Source of the DNA: Mytilus edulis
Taxonomy: Eukaryota
Direction: 5' to 3'
DNA: 64,000 nucleotides
Assembly (NCBI RefSeq): GCF_963676685.1
Contig: NC_092351.1
Location: 52,824,001 to 52,888,000, forward strand
The position numbers and the translations under genes were made by a program. Of this stretch, positions 38,691 to 51,968 are shown piece after piece. Numbering within the stretch: position 1 is the stretch's first letter; every line of letters begins with the position of its first letter. The notes under the pieces are model-generated. The model had not been told where the DNA came from. It did not search any database and saw only the letters and a program-made list of their open reading frames with translations.

Positions 38691-38915
38691 GAGGCCCCTC
38701 ATGGGGGGGTCCTAGTAATCACATAATCACCATTTTTTTGCCAATATAATCACATAATCATTAAATATTTGCTTATCTTTAGTAATCAAATAATCATAAA
38801 CTAAAAATACAGTCCTAGGTAATCAAATAATCATGAAATATTTGGCTTAATAATCAAATAATCATTAAAAAAACGGCCAAGTAATCACATAATCAAAAAC
38901 CCCATGAGGGCCCTC
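38691..38915. mobile_element. GAGG-terminal MITE with ATAATCA repeats, 6-bp TSD
   Basis: TSD ACTCCT; near-identical inverted copy at 51731-51968. Confidence 0.85.
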
Positions 38916-41031
38916 ACTCCTACCTAGGAGTCTACTCCCGTATTCGGAAGAAGAAGAAGAAGATATAACAAAATCATTTAAAGAATATAATTAATATTTT
39001 TTGCACAGACACATTGTTATATAAATTATTTATTTTCAAACGAGAATGATTCTGTTCCAGGTCAGTTTGAACTTTCCTTTGAGGTCGGTTTTTTTTTTTA
39101 TTTTACCTCTTAAATGTTGATTTTTATAACGATCTTGGTTGAAAGACGGCCAACATTGGTGAACATTTTTCTTGCCGAGTACTCTTCATGGTATCAATAT
39201 AAATGTATCCTTTTGAAAACGGCTGAATTCTAGTAAAAGTGAGCCCGGGAAAATCGCTCGTTTTCTAGTCTCTCTTTTATGGGAAGGAAAAAGGAGGGCT
39301 CTTATAATGTGTTACCTGTATTTAAAGAGATTTCTATCCATACACTTCAATGTATAAAATTATAAACAAATTTGATGTTTAGTCAAATATTGGTCTACAA
39401 ATATTGGAAACATACTATATACTTCTGCAACTATTATTTAAATTCATTTTACACTAAATGTGCGTACAATTTGTACTTGTAAGTACTGCCTATTATTCTG
39501 CTTCTGTATTGTTCGAATACTGTTTGGGTACGTCCTCTTCCACATTCAATTTACCCTCTTTTTTTTTTACAAAAGTTAAGAATAAAAAATAAACTTAATT
39601 TAGCGCGAAGGATAAAGTGCAGTATAACAAATTGGGAACATTGAATGAAACATTATGATTAAATATGGACTCGCTACGTCTCGAAAAGAATAAATGCTCT
39701 TTTTTCTAACAATTTAATATAGCTGATATATACAAGTATATATTATATTTACGAATATATAATCAAACATCATGTGCAGACATACCCGACTGTAATATTA
39801 CAATTTTCATTAATGTCCGAAATCTGCTGACCAGTAAGTGAAATACACGTCTCATGCCTTAAGGTATATGCACAATTTTTAATAACATTTTTGTTACAAT
39901 ATTATTTATGTAATTTGTTATGTAAATTTCTGCAACCAGGAATATCTATTTAATGATGGGCGACTGTAAGAAAAAATCACTTTTGTTTTGAAGTCGTTAT
40001 CCACCAGTCCACAGTGGTAAGTTGAAAAATCTAGTTTTTAATTTTGATATTAAATATACGTAAGCAAGTTGGTGTAGGGGTATATAGATTTTAGAAAGAT
40101 AGTACAATGTACGATATTTATCATAGTTTATGATAAAAAAATTGTTGTTGTAAATACTCAAATCATATTGTTTAAAATTCATATCTCACCTGTGACAAGT
40201 CAGAGACATATAATACAAGGTATCTGGTCTTAATAAGATACCACAACGAGTACATTGTCGGAAAATATAAAGAAAAAGTCCTTTTGAAACAGGACAAGAA
40301 ACGAGGTTCTCCTTCGTAGCAATTTTGATTTAGATTACAATTAGAGTTTATACTACTAGTATTCATATTTCCAGGAAAGTAAATATACATGCTGCAATGC
40401 CTGTATACAATATTGGTTAAATTAAAAAAAAGAGTATACAATTTGTGTATGAGGCTGTCCAAAGCCAGGAGCTGTAGGTCAGTGCCGTTGTAAAATATTT
40501 GTTTGTTTGTTTGTTTGTTTGTTTGTTTGTTTGTTTGTATCACATCTTTCATATTTGTTTTGCATAAATTGTTTTATTATAAATTAGGCCGATAGTATTT
40601 TCAATTGAATTTTTTCATATCTTCCATGTCGGGTCTTTTTATAGACGACTATACGGTGTGGTTTTTTTTTTCTCATTGTTGATGTCCGTACGGTTGCATT
40701 GTTTTCATATTGCTAGTTTGTTTCCTGCCTTCTGGCTGAAAGATAGAAAAGTTTTTTAAATATCTTGAAAACATGCACATTGACCTATATATTTTTGCTC
40801 TTTTGAATTATGTATTAACCCCCTATCAATATAAACCAGTGCTAAGTCTGAACCTGAACCTTGGAGTAGCGAACTTCCTCAGATGTTGTTATAACCGAAA
40901 ATATCTTTAAAATGTTTCATACATTTGTGTAACAGTCATTTAAATCTAAATTACACATGGAAGCAGGAAATACAACATCTGCATATTTTATTTTGCACTT
41001 ATTTCTATATTTGTTGATTTATTTCAGAATC

Positions 41032-41880
41032 ATGATGAAGATAGTTCTTTTCGGTCTTTTGGCTGTCGGAGCCATGGCTCAATTCCCTGGATTAATGGGA
41101 GGATTTGGTGGGCAGCTCCCAAGTGGTGCCATGGACATGCTCAAAGACCTTAAACCAGACGACATAAAAAACGCCATCAAACACATGTCACCAGAAATGA
41201 GAGACATGGCTAGAAGTATGGGAATCACCGAAGACCAAATAAAGAACGCCGTCAAAAATATGCCAGAGGATTTCGACGTGTCTTCCATGGTTTCCGGTCT
41301 GTCTGGTAAAATGGCCGACAACAAGGATGCAATGAAGGACATGATGATGAAAGAAATGGACGAAATGAAAGAACAGATGAGAGAGGAATCTGTAGCCGAT
41401 TTCAAAAATGAGATGGACAACTTTGGATTTGATTTGAGTCAAGGTGCTTCCGGGCTCAGAGGTCAAATTTTACCAAAAATGACCGAAATGATGGGAGAGA
41501 ATCTTAGATACGAAGGTATTGATACTAATGATCATGAAGCTCTCCGTAAAAACGTCCATGTCGAAATCAGAATGATGATTGGAGCTAAAAGTGATACCAC
41601 TAACGATGAAGTCAGAAGAATGCTCAAAGAAAAAATCATGGAAGAAATGAAAGAAGATGGAGTTGAATTCAACAAAGAAAAGGCACAAGGTGAATTCAAG
41701 AAAGCAATGATGGAAGAATTGAAAGATATGGGAATGGAGGCCAAAGACGATATTGATACAAGCTCTTTGAAAGACATGTTGAAGACCGCCATGAAATCCG
41801 GTAAAATGGGAAATACTCAAGGTATGATGCAGCAGTTCCTCCCAATGATGATGAACCTCGATATCAAAATTGATGCTTGA
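41032..41880 (+). CDS. Secreted methionine-rich helical protein of unknown function (282 aa)
   Basis: Long ORF with higher GC than its flanks. ATG follows a polypyrimidine/TTTCAG acceptor at 41027. Signal peptide MMKIVLFGLLAVGAMA|QFPG. 41 Met in 282 aa (hand count), rich in K/D/E, no Cys or Trp. The upstream 25 codons in the track ORF are likely intronic. Confidence 0.85.
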   Translation: MMKIVLFGLLAVGAMAQFPGLMGGFGGQLPSGAMDMLKDLKPDDIKNAIKHMSPEMRDMARSMGITEDQIKNAVKNMPEDFDVSSMVSGLSGKMADNKDAMKDMMMKEMDEMKEQMREESVADFKNEMDNFGFDLSQGASGLRGQILPKMTEMMGENLRYEGIDTNDHEALRKNVHVEIRMMIGAKSDTTNDEVRRMLKEKIMEEMKEDGVEFNKEKAQGEFKKAMMEELKDMGMEAKDDIDTSSLKDMLKTAMKSGKMGNTQGMMQQFLPMMMNLDIKIDA

Positions 41881-43927
41881 ACATTTTAATTGTTATTATC
41901 AATGACATTTCACAATAGTAAATTGTATAAAAGAATACTTGTTATTGTCAGTGTCTTTATGCATTAAATACTCGATTACATGACATAAGTTTAGTAACAT
42001 AATTGTAGTTATCAAAGCCATCAAACAACATAACTCATGCAGTATCCGTATATCTGCAAACTTGAACACATATCTGGAAGTAAATCAATAGTAATAGCGA
42101 TCGATATTTTTAATTTTTTGTTCAATTGATTGTTGGTTTCTTATCGTCCAGCGACAAATATTTCAAACATATTCAGGACAAGAACACATTAATAATAAAT
42201 GCAATAGGTAGGTCCTGTAATAGAGGCTTCCCGGGGTAAAGGTCGGGTAAATTTGGACTGCCCCTTGAGAATTATGGTAAAGTGTATATCCAAATCATAA
42301 AACCATAGACATGCAATGAAAAAAAGCTGAAGAATTGATAGTTGGAAGGATAAACGGTAGGGCATTGAATGTTTAATATTTTGGGGATAATACGCATTCG
42401 TGACTAAATCATAAGAAACTTCCCGCATGTGTGACGAAATGAAAATCAATACATGTTACAATTGTTGAAAACCAAACTTTTTCAATGGTTTGAATACAAA
42501 TTTAATGTTCTTCCCTTTAGGAATCACACTGAGCGACTCTTTAGAAATTTGTAAACACGCAAAGACATTTGGACACACAATCTCAAGATAATATTACCTT
42601 TAAAATAGACATGCCCACCTTATAAATGTTCCCACTGTCAATATCATGTTGTGTACCGAGAGTAACATGACATAACCTTGGCTAACTGAAATCCATGCTT
42701 AAAAATATACAAATATAGATTGAAAGTAGTACTTCCGGTTTAATTGTTTTTTAAAATACCAATACCAGTACGTATTTAAAAAATTTCAGAATACGTGTAG
42801 CAATGTGAGGAGTACTTAAATGTGTGTCAAATATGATATAAGAAATAGTTGAAAATATCTCATAAGAATTTTTATAAACTGAATATTTTATCAGTCAGTC
42901 TTTGGAAATATAAAATATTCAAGTAAAATGTGAATTTAATACGGAGAAATACTAGTTTCACATAAACTTTAAGGTTCCTTGTGCGATGTCCGTTCCAGGG
43001 AGAAATTTTGAGGGACTTAATTATCGACTCTAAGACTTCATTGACACCACTTTCGAGTATGGTCTTGAGAAACGATGCTAGTCCGTCGGAATGGGACGAT
43101 AAATGGCTGACCTGTGTTAAGAGAGAACAATACAAGACACCCTTGTAGATTTCGAAATAGAACAGGTTAATGCATTACGAGGCAACACTTGCAAAGTGGA
43201 AAGGGATTTATATAAGTTGTAATAACTTTTTCCCAATCCACTATATATAAATATGTTTAAACAAAGACTATGGGGAGAGACAAAGTAAAAAGAATACCAG
43301 TTTTTGCTGGATTGCTGTTGCTGGGCTGAGTGGCTTATACTTCTGCTACCAATATATATACATGTATTAGTCTTAAGTCAACTTTACCTGCGATGAAGTT
43401 TTTTCCTTCTTTCATTTCTCAAAATCCTAAAACGAAGAGTCAAAATTTTGAAAATAAAAGTTTATAAAAATATTGTTTGAATGATATTGGTAAATAGAAC
43501 TGATTCGATTGAGAACGATTATTTCGGTTCCCATTTTGCCCTTTTTGACCCTATATTTTCCGTTTATGTGTACTGGACTTCTAGTATTTTGCAGAAGACT
43601 GTATACATTACATGCAACCAAACTTGTTTCCAGCACAAAACAATCTACCCAACAATATTTTAACATCAGCTTGCTTATTCTGTTATTGTGCAACATTAAC
43701 AAAAACAAACTGAGGAGCACAATATTGAGTTCTAAACAATAATTACAAATTCATAAATTCATAAATTTGGAAATTATTATTTGTTAAATATTAATAATCT
43801 AAAGTTTCATAACAATACGTGACTTGATATCTGTCAAAAGTCACGGACAGTCAGTAAAATAGACCTTATCTATTCAATGTCGTCTTATATCACCGATTTT
43901 TAGTCAGTACTCTCACATTTATTCACC

Positions 43928-46900
43928 ATGAGGTCTTTGTATATGTGTGCCGTGTTTCTGTCTTGTTTGTCTTGTTCTTTTGGAGCAACTATTTTAGAAT
44001 ATTTACAGAGCAAACCAGCCAATTTTACATATGCCGTCCAAGCTATTAAAATTGCAAACTTGACGAGTGAACTTCAAACAGGAGGTATGATTATTTTTAT
44101 ATAAGTTTTTATGCCCCATTTATGGGCATTATGTTTTCTAGTCTATGTGTCCGTTTGTTCGTCCGTTCGTTCGTCCGTTCGTCCGTCTGTTCCGCTTCAG
44201 GTTCAAGTTTTTGGTCGAGGTAGTTTTTAATGAAGTTGAAGTCCAATGAACTTGAAACTCAGTAAACATGTTCCCTATGATATGATCTTTTTAATTTTAA
44301 TACTAAATTAGAGATTTTATTCCATTTTCACGGGCCACTTAATCTAGAATATGATAGTGTGGATGGGGCATTCGTGTACTTGGGACACATTCTTGTTTAT
44401 CATTCATTTACACATACGTACACGTTAACTTTGATCATTTCGTTTGCCCTTACTATTATAGCGTAGCAACATTGGTCCGTCCGTCCGTCTTATCTTGTTA
44501 TAGTATTAGAATTGCAAACTTGACGAGTGAACTTTAGTCAGGAGGTATGGTATGATTATATTTCATTTAATTCTAAAAGTTTTATTATTCTTTTCCTACA
44601 TGTACATGTTAATCTTGACCATTTCTAGATCTTTTGCCCTGACTATTATATCAAAGGAACATTGGTCCGTCCGTCCGTCCATCCGTAATCATCAGATAAT
44701 CTTGAAGTTATGATCACATTCACATCGCATTTAATTTCGCCATTGGGTCCGACTCGAAGCTACTAGCTTACTGCACGTGTTTATTGTGAGGTAAATTTTA
44801 TTTCAAATATATATATATAAATATATATACATTGTATATGCCAAATTACGATTGTGACCCGGAAATCACGGTTCAATAAATATAAATTAGTAGGATAGTG
44901 CGGGCGAGTATTAGTACGATGGAATTTTATTCTTAGTACAGTCGGTGTTATAACGCTTGTTAACATGTTTAACTGTCCCCATTCTGTTTGTGCTTATCCC
45001 AAGCGAGGAGGTTGATTTAACGGCCGTTGCTGTCTTATTAATTTTTTTGGTTTCTCGATATATCGCCTTATTGTTCGCTAGCTATAATTGTTCGCTATCT
45101 TCTGCCTGGTAGCGAGCAACCTGTAATTCAGTAGTTGTTTTTGGTTATTGAGTGCCATGACTTTTTCACTTTATTGATTTTAGCTCAAATCAAATAGTTT
45201 GGGACCTTTTACGGCAAACATTACGGCATAGATTAATTGCTCATTGCTGAAGGCCATATTGTGACTTGTTATTGTTTACATTCTTGTCCACTGGTCATTG
45301 TGGATAGTTGTTTCAATCCTTCCACATATCTTTATATGTATATTAAAGTTTGACTGATATATACTTTATTGGTGGGTATCTTATTGACTGTTGTGCATTA
45401 AGAGATAACGCTGTTTTAGAAGGAATTTTGTTGGAATACATTGTGATTTAAAATATAACTAAGTTAGAGGATATTTTGTCAAATAACAACGATGATATAC
45501 ATATCCTTGTATTTATATATATGGTTATAACTTGTATTCGTTGTATTGAAACCACTGTGACATCTCCTTTATAATATTGTACGTTGCAAGTCTTTTGTCT
45601 ATTAACCCGTAGTCTTGGACCATTCTTTTTTTTATGCTGTAAACATTATTCACACCATCTTGGATATAGGGAGAGAAGATACTTGAAAGGAGCAAACCAT
45701 ATATAAGTTGATGAACACAGAAAATAACATGGCCAAAAGAAAAAAAGACTAAAAGACAAATACAATTGAGAATGGAAATGGGGAATGTGTCAAAGAGACA
45801 ACAACCGGACCATAGAGCATTTCAAAACAAACAGTACGAAAACTACGAATAGAGCATGCAATGCAAACCATAGCAACCCCAAGGGAGCAAACTCGGAAAG
45901 ATTTTCGTTTAATAACACTTTTGAATTTTCTAATTTGATTCTATATCTGTTTTAATTTACAATAGATATAATTATCATGATAATTTGAATTAAATAATCC
46001 AAAATGTACTGATGAATTTTTGTAATGTACAGGTCCATTTACGGCATTTATACCAACTGATGCTGCATTCCAGAAAATACCAGCACCCATTTTACAACAA
46101 CTTTTAAATGATCAAACTGCCATCAGAAGTTTGTTGCTCAAACACGTGACAAATGGAGCACTCATTTCACCATTCATCAAAAGCGGAGACAATGAAGTAT
46201 CCCTTGGTGGTACCAACTTAACTTTGACCAAAGATGGCGCTGGCGTAAGTAACTATATGAAAGTAGATATAACCTGTAATTTAAATTGGCGAAAAATATC
46301 AATAAGTTCCATTAAGTCTTGAGCCAATTTTATTCCAGTTTGCCTATTTCGTACATGTTATTATTACTTACATTTTTATTGTTCAGATATATTATTAAAA
46401 AATACTGAAATCCGATTGTGATACATCAATTAACATTAGGAGGTAGAAATAGATTAAGGGAAATAACTCCAAGGAAACAGTCTAGTGCTTATGAACTAGA
46501 TTGTTCCTTAGTACTTGTTTCTTATTATCATATCAATAGATTATTGTTCTTTTAGGAGCTTGTGTATGTCTTTTGGAAAAAACTTTGATATTCCCGACAT
46601 GTTTAAATAACTAAATATTTTGGGGTTAAAACATTCATTGTTATTGTCTAATTGACATGTACCCCAATGAAGGATGAAATTTGAAAAAAATATGCAGGAC
46701 AGGAGTTTTGAGTAAAAAAAAAGGCAGGATGTGACACTTGCAAAAAAAAAAGTCAGGACGACAATTTAGGTAAAAAAAAGTCAGGATAAACTAAAAAAAA
46801 AAAAGACAGGACAAACTAAAAAAAAGAAGACAGGACCGATTAGAGTAAAAAATAAAAAGGCAGGACAAGATTACTGCTAAAAAAAAATGCAGGACAAAAT

Positions 46901-49900
46901 TTTTCATCATAGCCCCCCCCCCCCCCCCTCCCCCCCCCCCCCCCCCCATAAAAATCAAATGGTAGCTCCCTTAGATTCAAACATTTTCAATATTGCAAAC
47001 CGCACATTTCTATAAAAAGGTAAACACAGGAATTAAATAAACGTATATCTAACGTGATTTGCCTGCATTTCACATTGATTAAATTGGTTTTTATAATAAA
47101 TTGATTTTATGTGCATTTGATTCCGGTCGATCATGAAATTGTAAGAACTATTGCATGCGATCAACCCTTAAGTTCCTTTGCCTTTGTTCTGAATATTAAA
47201 CAGGTCGTCTCATATAAGGACGTTTTACAATTTTATTTGGACCCCGAACAAATGAATCAATTAACTATTAGTGCAGAGTTAGCGAGACCAACCATATATG
47301 GTGTCAGTAGAGTCGGTCTGAATTGATACGAAATAATCAATCGCGATCGTTTTATTACATCGACTCAAAATCATATTGAATCGATTATGATCGGCTTTCA
47401 CGTTTTGTATGCTTTTGTGATTTATATTGTAGGCAGTAATGGTGAATGGTGTCAAAGTTATCCTTCCTGACGTCATAGTAACCAATGGTGTTGTACAAGG
47501 AATTGATTTCGTCTTCAATGTTCCCGCTGCAAGCGTCAATATGGTTGAGTATCTTTTGAAAAATTCAGACAAATTCAGTGATCTCACGGCAGCATTGACA
47601 CTTGGTGGTTTACTGTCAGCACTAGAAGGTTAGTTTGTGTCAATACACTTGGTGGTTTACTGTCAGCACTAGAAGGTTAGTTTGTGTCAATACACTTGGT
47701 GGTTTACTGTCAGCACTAGAATGTTAGTTTGTGTCAATACACTTGGTGGTTTACTGTCAGCACTAGAAGGTTAGTTTGTGTCAATACAAAAGTGGTTTAC
47801 TGTCAGCACTAGAAGGTTAGTTTGTGTCAATACAAAAGTGGTTTACTGTCAGCACTAGAAGGTTAGTTTGTGTCAATACAAAAGTGGTTTACTGTCAGGA
47901 CTAGACGGTTAGTTTGTGTCAATACACTTGGTGGTTTACTGTCAGCACTAGAAGGTTAGTTTGTGTCAATACAAAAATGGTTTACTGTCAGCACTAGAAG
48001 GTTAGTTTGTGTCAATACAAAAGTGGTTTACTGTCAGGACTAGAAGGTTAGTTTGTGTCAATACACTTGGTGGTTTACTGTCAGCACTAGAAGGTTAGTT
48101 TGTGTCAATACAAAAGTGGTTTACTGTCAGCACTAGAAGGTTAGTTTGTGTCAATACACTTGGTGGTTTACTGTCAGCACTAGAAGGTTAGTTTGTGTCA
48201 ATACACTTGGTGGTTTACTGTCAGTACTAGAAGGTTAGTTTGTGTCAATACAAAAGTGGTTTACTGTCAGCACTAGAAGGTTAGTTTGTGTCAATACAAA
48301 AGAGCATTCAACATGTGCGCCATGTCAAACAAAATTAAACGTTTTTCATTGCATGCGAACTGGTGTTTATTAGTTTGCCTAAATTCAATATGAATGCCTT
48401 CACATATATATACAATGGGTTTGAATCCCGGCTAGGGAAGATCAAATAATTTGCGAAAGCAAATTTGCAGATCTAACATTGTTGGGTAGATGTTTAGACG
48501 AGTTGTATTTTTATATATATCACACCGCTTTTGTTTGTCCTAGAATAAAGCACCACGAAATTATACTAGTAAACATTTGATAACGAAAAGACCCTAAGTA
48601 GAAATTTCATGCTTGGATCACACGACGCCTGACTCCCACAAGTATATCGCATTTTCAGTAACGGAAACCATACTACGAAAGTTACAAGAATTTGAATGAA
48701 TGATGTTAAGTAAAAAAATCATGTTAAAAGAATTCTCATGAAAAAACAAATCTTATCGAAAAACCATGTGTTTTCCTGAGGACACGACCATTTAACTTCA
48801 AAAGGCGGAAAGGGGGGGGGGGGAGGGGAGCTTTACGTTTTTCTCTTAAAAAATATTCTGTTCCTAAGTTAATGAAAAAAACACTGTGGTCAAGCAGGTG
48901 ACAAAAATATTCCCTCATACTTTTCAGTGTTAAATTTTGAAAACAATAATATGATTGATAGCGTCGAAAAATAACGTAAAAATAAGTTAAATGGTAACTG
49001 CCTTAAAAATGGTTCCTAGCACTGGGAACGGACATTTCTACATTTTTTTTAGTTTGGTTCCAAACAACTGGTTTACCCTAGCGGTCTTCTCTATTTGTGT
49101 ATATTGTAATCGGATTATTTAAGAGCTCAACATTTGGTTTCGATGCATGTCTATCATTGAACTTGGATGCCCCTATGTCATTGACCTTGAATGACCCTTT
49201 ATCATTGACCTCTAGTGTCACACTGACAGTTTCTCAACGTGCACCTTATTCTTATGATTTTTCTTTTGTAGGCCCAGGACCTTTCACGTTATTTGCACCA
49301 ACAGATGCAGCATTCGCAACTTTGTCAACCTCACTACAAAGTCTAGCCTCAGATATGAATCTTTTTAAAAGTAAGATATTGCAGACATCTTCCAATCTTT
49401 TTGATGAGAAATCCATCATTATGATAGATAATTTTGTAAAAGTTATATACTTGCAACTTGAAACAGTACCGGACTCATTGGCACGTGTGAATTGCGAAAA
49501 TCTAGAGAATTCCTAGAATTATTTGCGGCATGCTCCATATATCTATTTTTGTTTATGTCAAAAGTATTTTTTTCTTTCTTTCAAATTCCGCCGTGTGCTG
49601 TGCATGTACATTGTACAGTTATACCGAAAACCTATCATGAACACTTAAAATAAGAAGCTTACTGTTACAAATTCAGATCTGCGTCAGATAGAAATCGCCT
49701 AGATGCTTGTGCACGTGTGCATGTACTTGTATATAAGAGGGTCTGGATGGGGGGGGGGGGGTCTGTTATTCTGCAAAAATTTAATTTTCACCCCTTTTTT
49801 CTCTAATCTTTAAAAAATTAACCCCTTTTTTTCTCTAATCTTCAAAAAATTAACCCCTTTTTTTCTCTAATCTCCTTTTTTTTGCCCGTTATTTTCTAAT

Positions 49901-51272
49901 CTTCATTTTTTGAGGGCATTATTCTTTAATCATTTAACCCCATCTAAACCCTCATATAACTTTGATATATTTTGAAACATTTAGATAAATACATGTCAAA
50001 TGAAAGATGAATTCTGGTCTGTTTTGTAGGGTTCTTGTATCACCCCAATATCTAAAGCGTTACATAATTTGCGAATATAATTAGTAAACAGATTTCTTGC
50101 TATTCATTTTGCATACATTCGACGCACATAATGCAATACTGCCGCTTTCAACGTCGTGGTTCATTAATGTATCATTAAAACATAACCAAAACAAAGCGGG
50201 AAAACCAGCGAGTACAAAAACAATATAGTCTCGCCAGAATCTATTTGTCAAATCAATAGTATCATAATACAAAATGTATGTATCATATATCTTATCTTTT
50301 TATATAGATATTTTGAAATATCATGTGGTCAGTGGGTCTACATACGCTGCAGATCTTAAGGATGGACAAAAAGTATCAACTCTGGCCGGAAGTGCTTTTA
50401 CAGTTACCAAAGCAGGCACAGGTGAGTATTAGGCATACGAACTAGTGGCATCAGCAGTGGTGGGTCCAAAGAGTGTGTTGGTGGTATGAGGTTGGAGTCC
50501 CCTTTCTTTGAACGAGCAATGTATTTGAATGGGACATATGGTTTAAACATTTCTCCTAGGTTGTGAGCCCTTTTAAAAATGACTGGATCCGTCCATGAGG
50601 AGAATAACAGAAGATTTTGATTTCATGCGAGTCAGATGGGTATCTTCTTTTTTTCATATTTTCTTTCTTTTTCTTTTTGTATAAATTTATAGGTCATTAT
50701 TCTCTAATCTTTATATTTTAGCATCCCATTATTCTCTATTCTTTTTTTCTATATGTTTTCTCTAGTATGTAAACCCCTCTGGACCTTATACATGTATCTA
50801 TGTTTCATGAAATGCATATGATAAAACCATAAAAAAAAGGTCCATGGAACCTTGTGCAATAGAATCATGGTAACAAAACACGTATAATATATTCAGGGGC
50901 GGATCCAGCCATTTCAAAAAGAGGATGGGGTTCAACTACATGTCCCCAATCAAATGCATTGATTGTCCCAAGAAAGGTGGGTTTCAACCCCCGGATTCCC
51001 CCTTCTGGATCCACCACTGAAATTGCTCGCAAGACTTTCGAATTCGTCCGAAATGACAACTTTATTTTATCTTTAATAGTTTGGTATTTAGTTTTAAAAT
51101 TTTTAATATCTTTTCGTGATTAAAAAAACCCGCTGGATCTATTTATAGAAAAATGCTTTTATATTTTTCAGCCGTCAGTATTGACCACGCTCACGTTACA
51201 CAGCCAGACATTCCAGTTCTCAATGGTGTTATACATGTTATTGATGGCGTACTTGTTCCCGCCACATTTTGA
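43928..51272 (+). CDS. Secreted two-FAS1 (fasciclin; TGFBI/periostin-like) protein A, 6 exons, 292 aa
   Basis: Exons 43928-44084, 46033-46244, 47433-47628, 49272-49370, 50308-50421 and 51172-51272, GT-AG, phases 1,0,1,1,1. Signal peptide MRSLYMCAVFLSCLSCSFG. FAS1 H1 motifs GPFTAFIPTDAAF and GPFTLFAPTDAAF, ILKYHVV, and H2 motifs NGVVQGIDFV and NGVIHVIDGVLVP. Confidence 0.9.
47598..48302 (+). repeat. Minisatellite of 15 x 46/47-bp units spanning the exon 3 splice donor of fasciclin A
   Basis: Unit (ACACTTG|ACAAAA)GTGGTTTACTGTCAGCACTAGAAG^GTTAGTTTGTGTCAAT, contiguous with no unique spacers. Confidence 0.95.
49737..49953. mobile_element. GAGG-terminal MITE, 6-bp TSD
   Basis: ATATAA|GAGGGTCTGGATGGGG ... 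CCCCATCTAAACCCTC|ATATAA, with internal TTCTCTAATCT repeats. Confidence 0.75.
50894..51019. mobile_element. CAGGGGCGGATCC-terminal MITE
   Basis: Same family as 10473-10636, with degenerate TSD ATATT/AAATT. A further degraded copy lies at ~11904-12061. Confidence 0.65.
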
Positions 51273-51730
51273 TATTAAAATATGTTATAATATTTTTAAC
51301 ATTTTATTTGTTTGATTTTAATAGTTTTATACCAATTGTTGTATTATAATTATACAATAGAAAAACAAAGGATATGGGGTATCCAAACATGACACAAAAT
51401 CAATACATGGACAGAAAAAAACCGGAAAAACACGAAAAGTCTAATATTAGGTCAGTTTTACAAAAAACAGTACAAAATATGGCAAACCGCCGTTATTCGA
51501 CTTTGGTCAATACCTGAATGATTTAATGATTGAAGACCTGAAGAAACCTCGCTGTAGATGTCATATATGTTTAAAACTACTTCACGTTTTCCTGTAAATG
51601 TCCCAAATATCTAGCACTCGAGCGCTCTCCCACAAAAGTCCCATCTACTGGTAAATGCATTTCATTTTGAGATGATATAGTCTCTGATGATAATTTTATA
51701 AAAAATGAAAAACTTTTCCATACAACCAAT

Positions 51731-51968
51731 GAGGGCCCTCATGGGGTTTTTGATTATGTGATTACTTGGCCGTTTTTTTAATGATTATTTGATTATTAAG
51801 CCAAATATTTCATGATTATTTGATTACCTAGGACTGTATTTTTAGTTTATGATTATTTGATTACTAAAGATAAGCAAATATTTAATGATTATGTGATTAT
51901 ATTGGCAAAAAAATTGTGATTATGTGATTACTAGGACCCCCCCCCCCCCCCCCCCCATGAGGGGCCTC
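51731..51968. mobile_element. GAGG-terminal MITE with ATAATCA repeats, 6-bp TSD (second copy)
   Basis: TSD ACCAAT; essentially the reverse complement of 38691-38915 apart from C-tract length. Confidence 0.85.

Noticed and set aside
40957-41031. Upstream ATG extension of the Met-rich ORF
   Set aside because: The sequence is a polypyrimidine tract plus TTTCAG acceptor; the signal peptide begins at 41032.
41079-41820. Antisense ORFs over the Met-rich gene
   Set aside because: Shadow frames of a biased-composition coding strand.
47598-48302. CRISPR-like regular array
   Set aside because: Units are contiguous with only two short junction variants and no unique spacers. The context is eukaryotic with no cas genes, and the unit derives from a fasciclin exon-intron junction.
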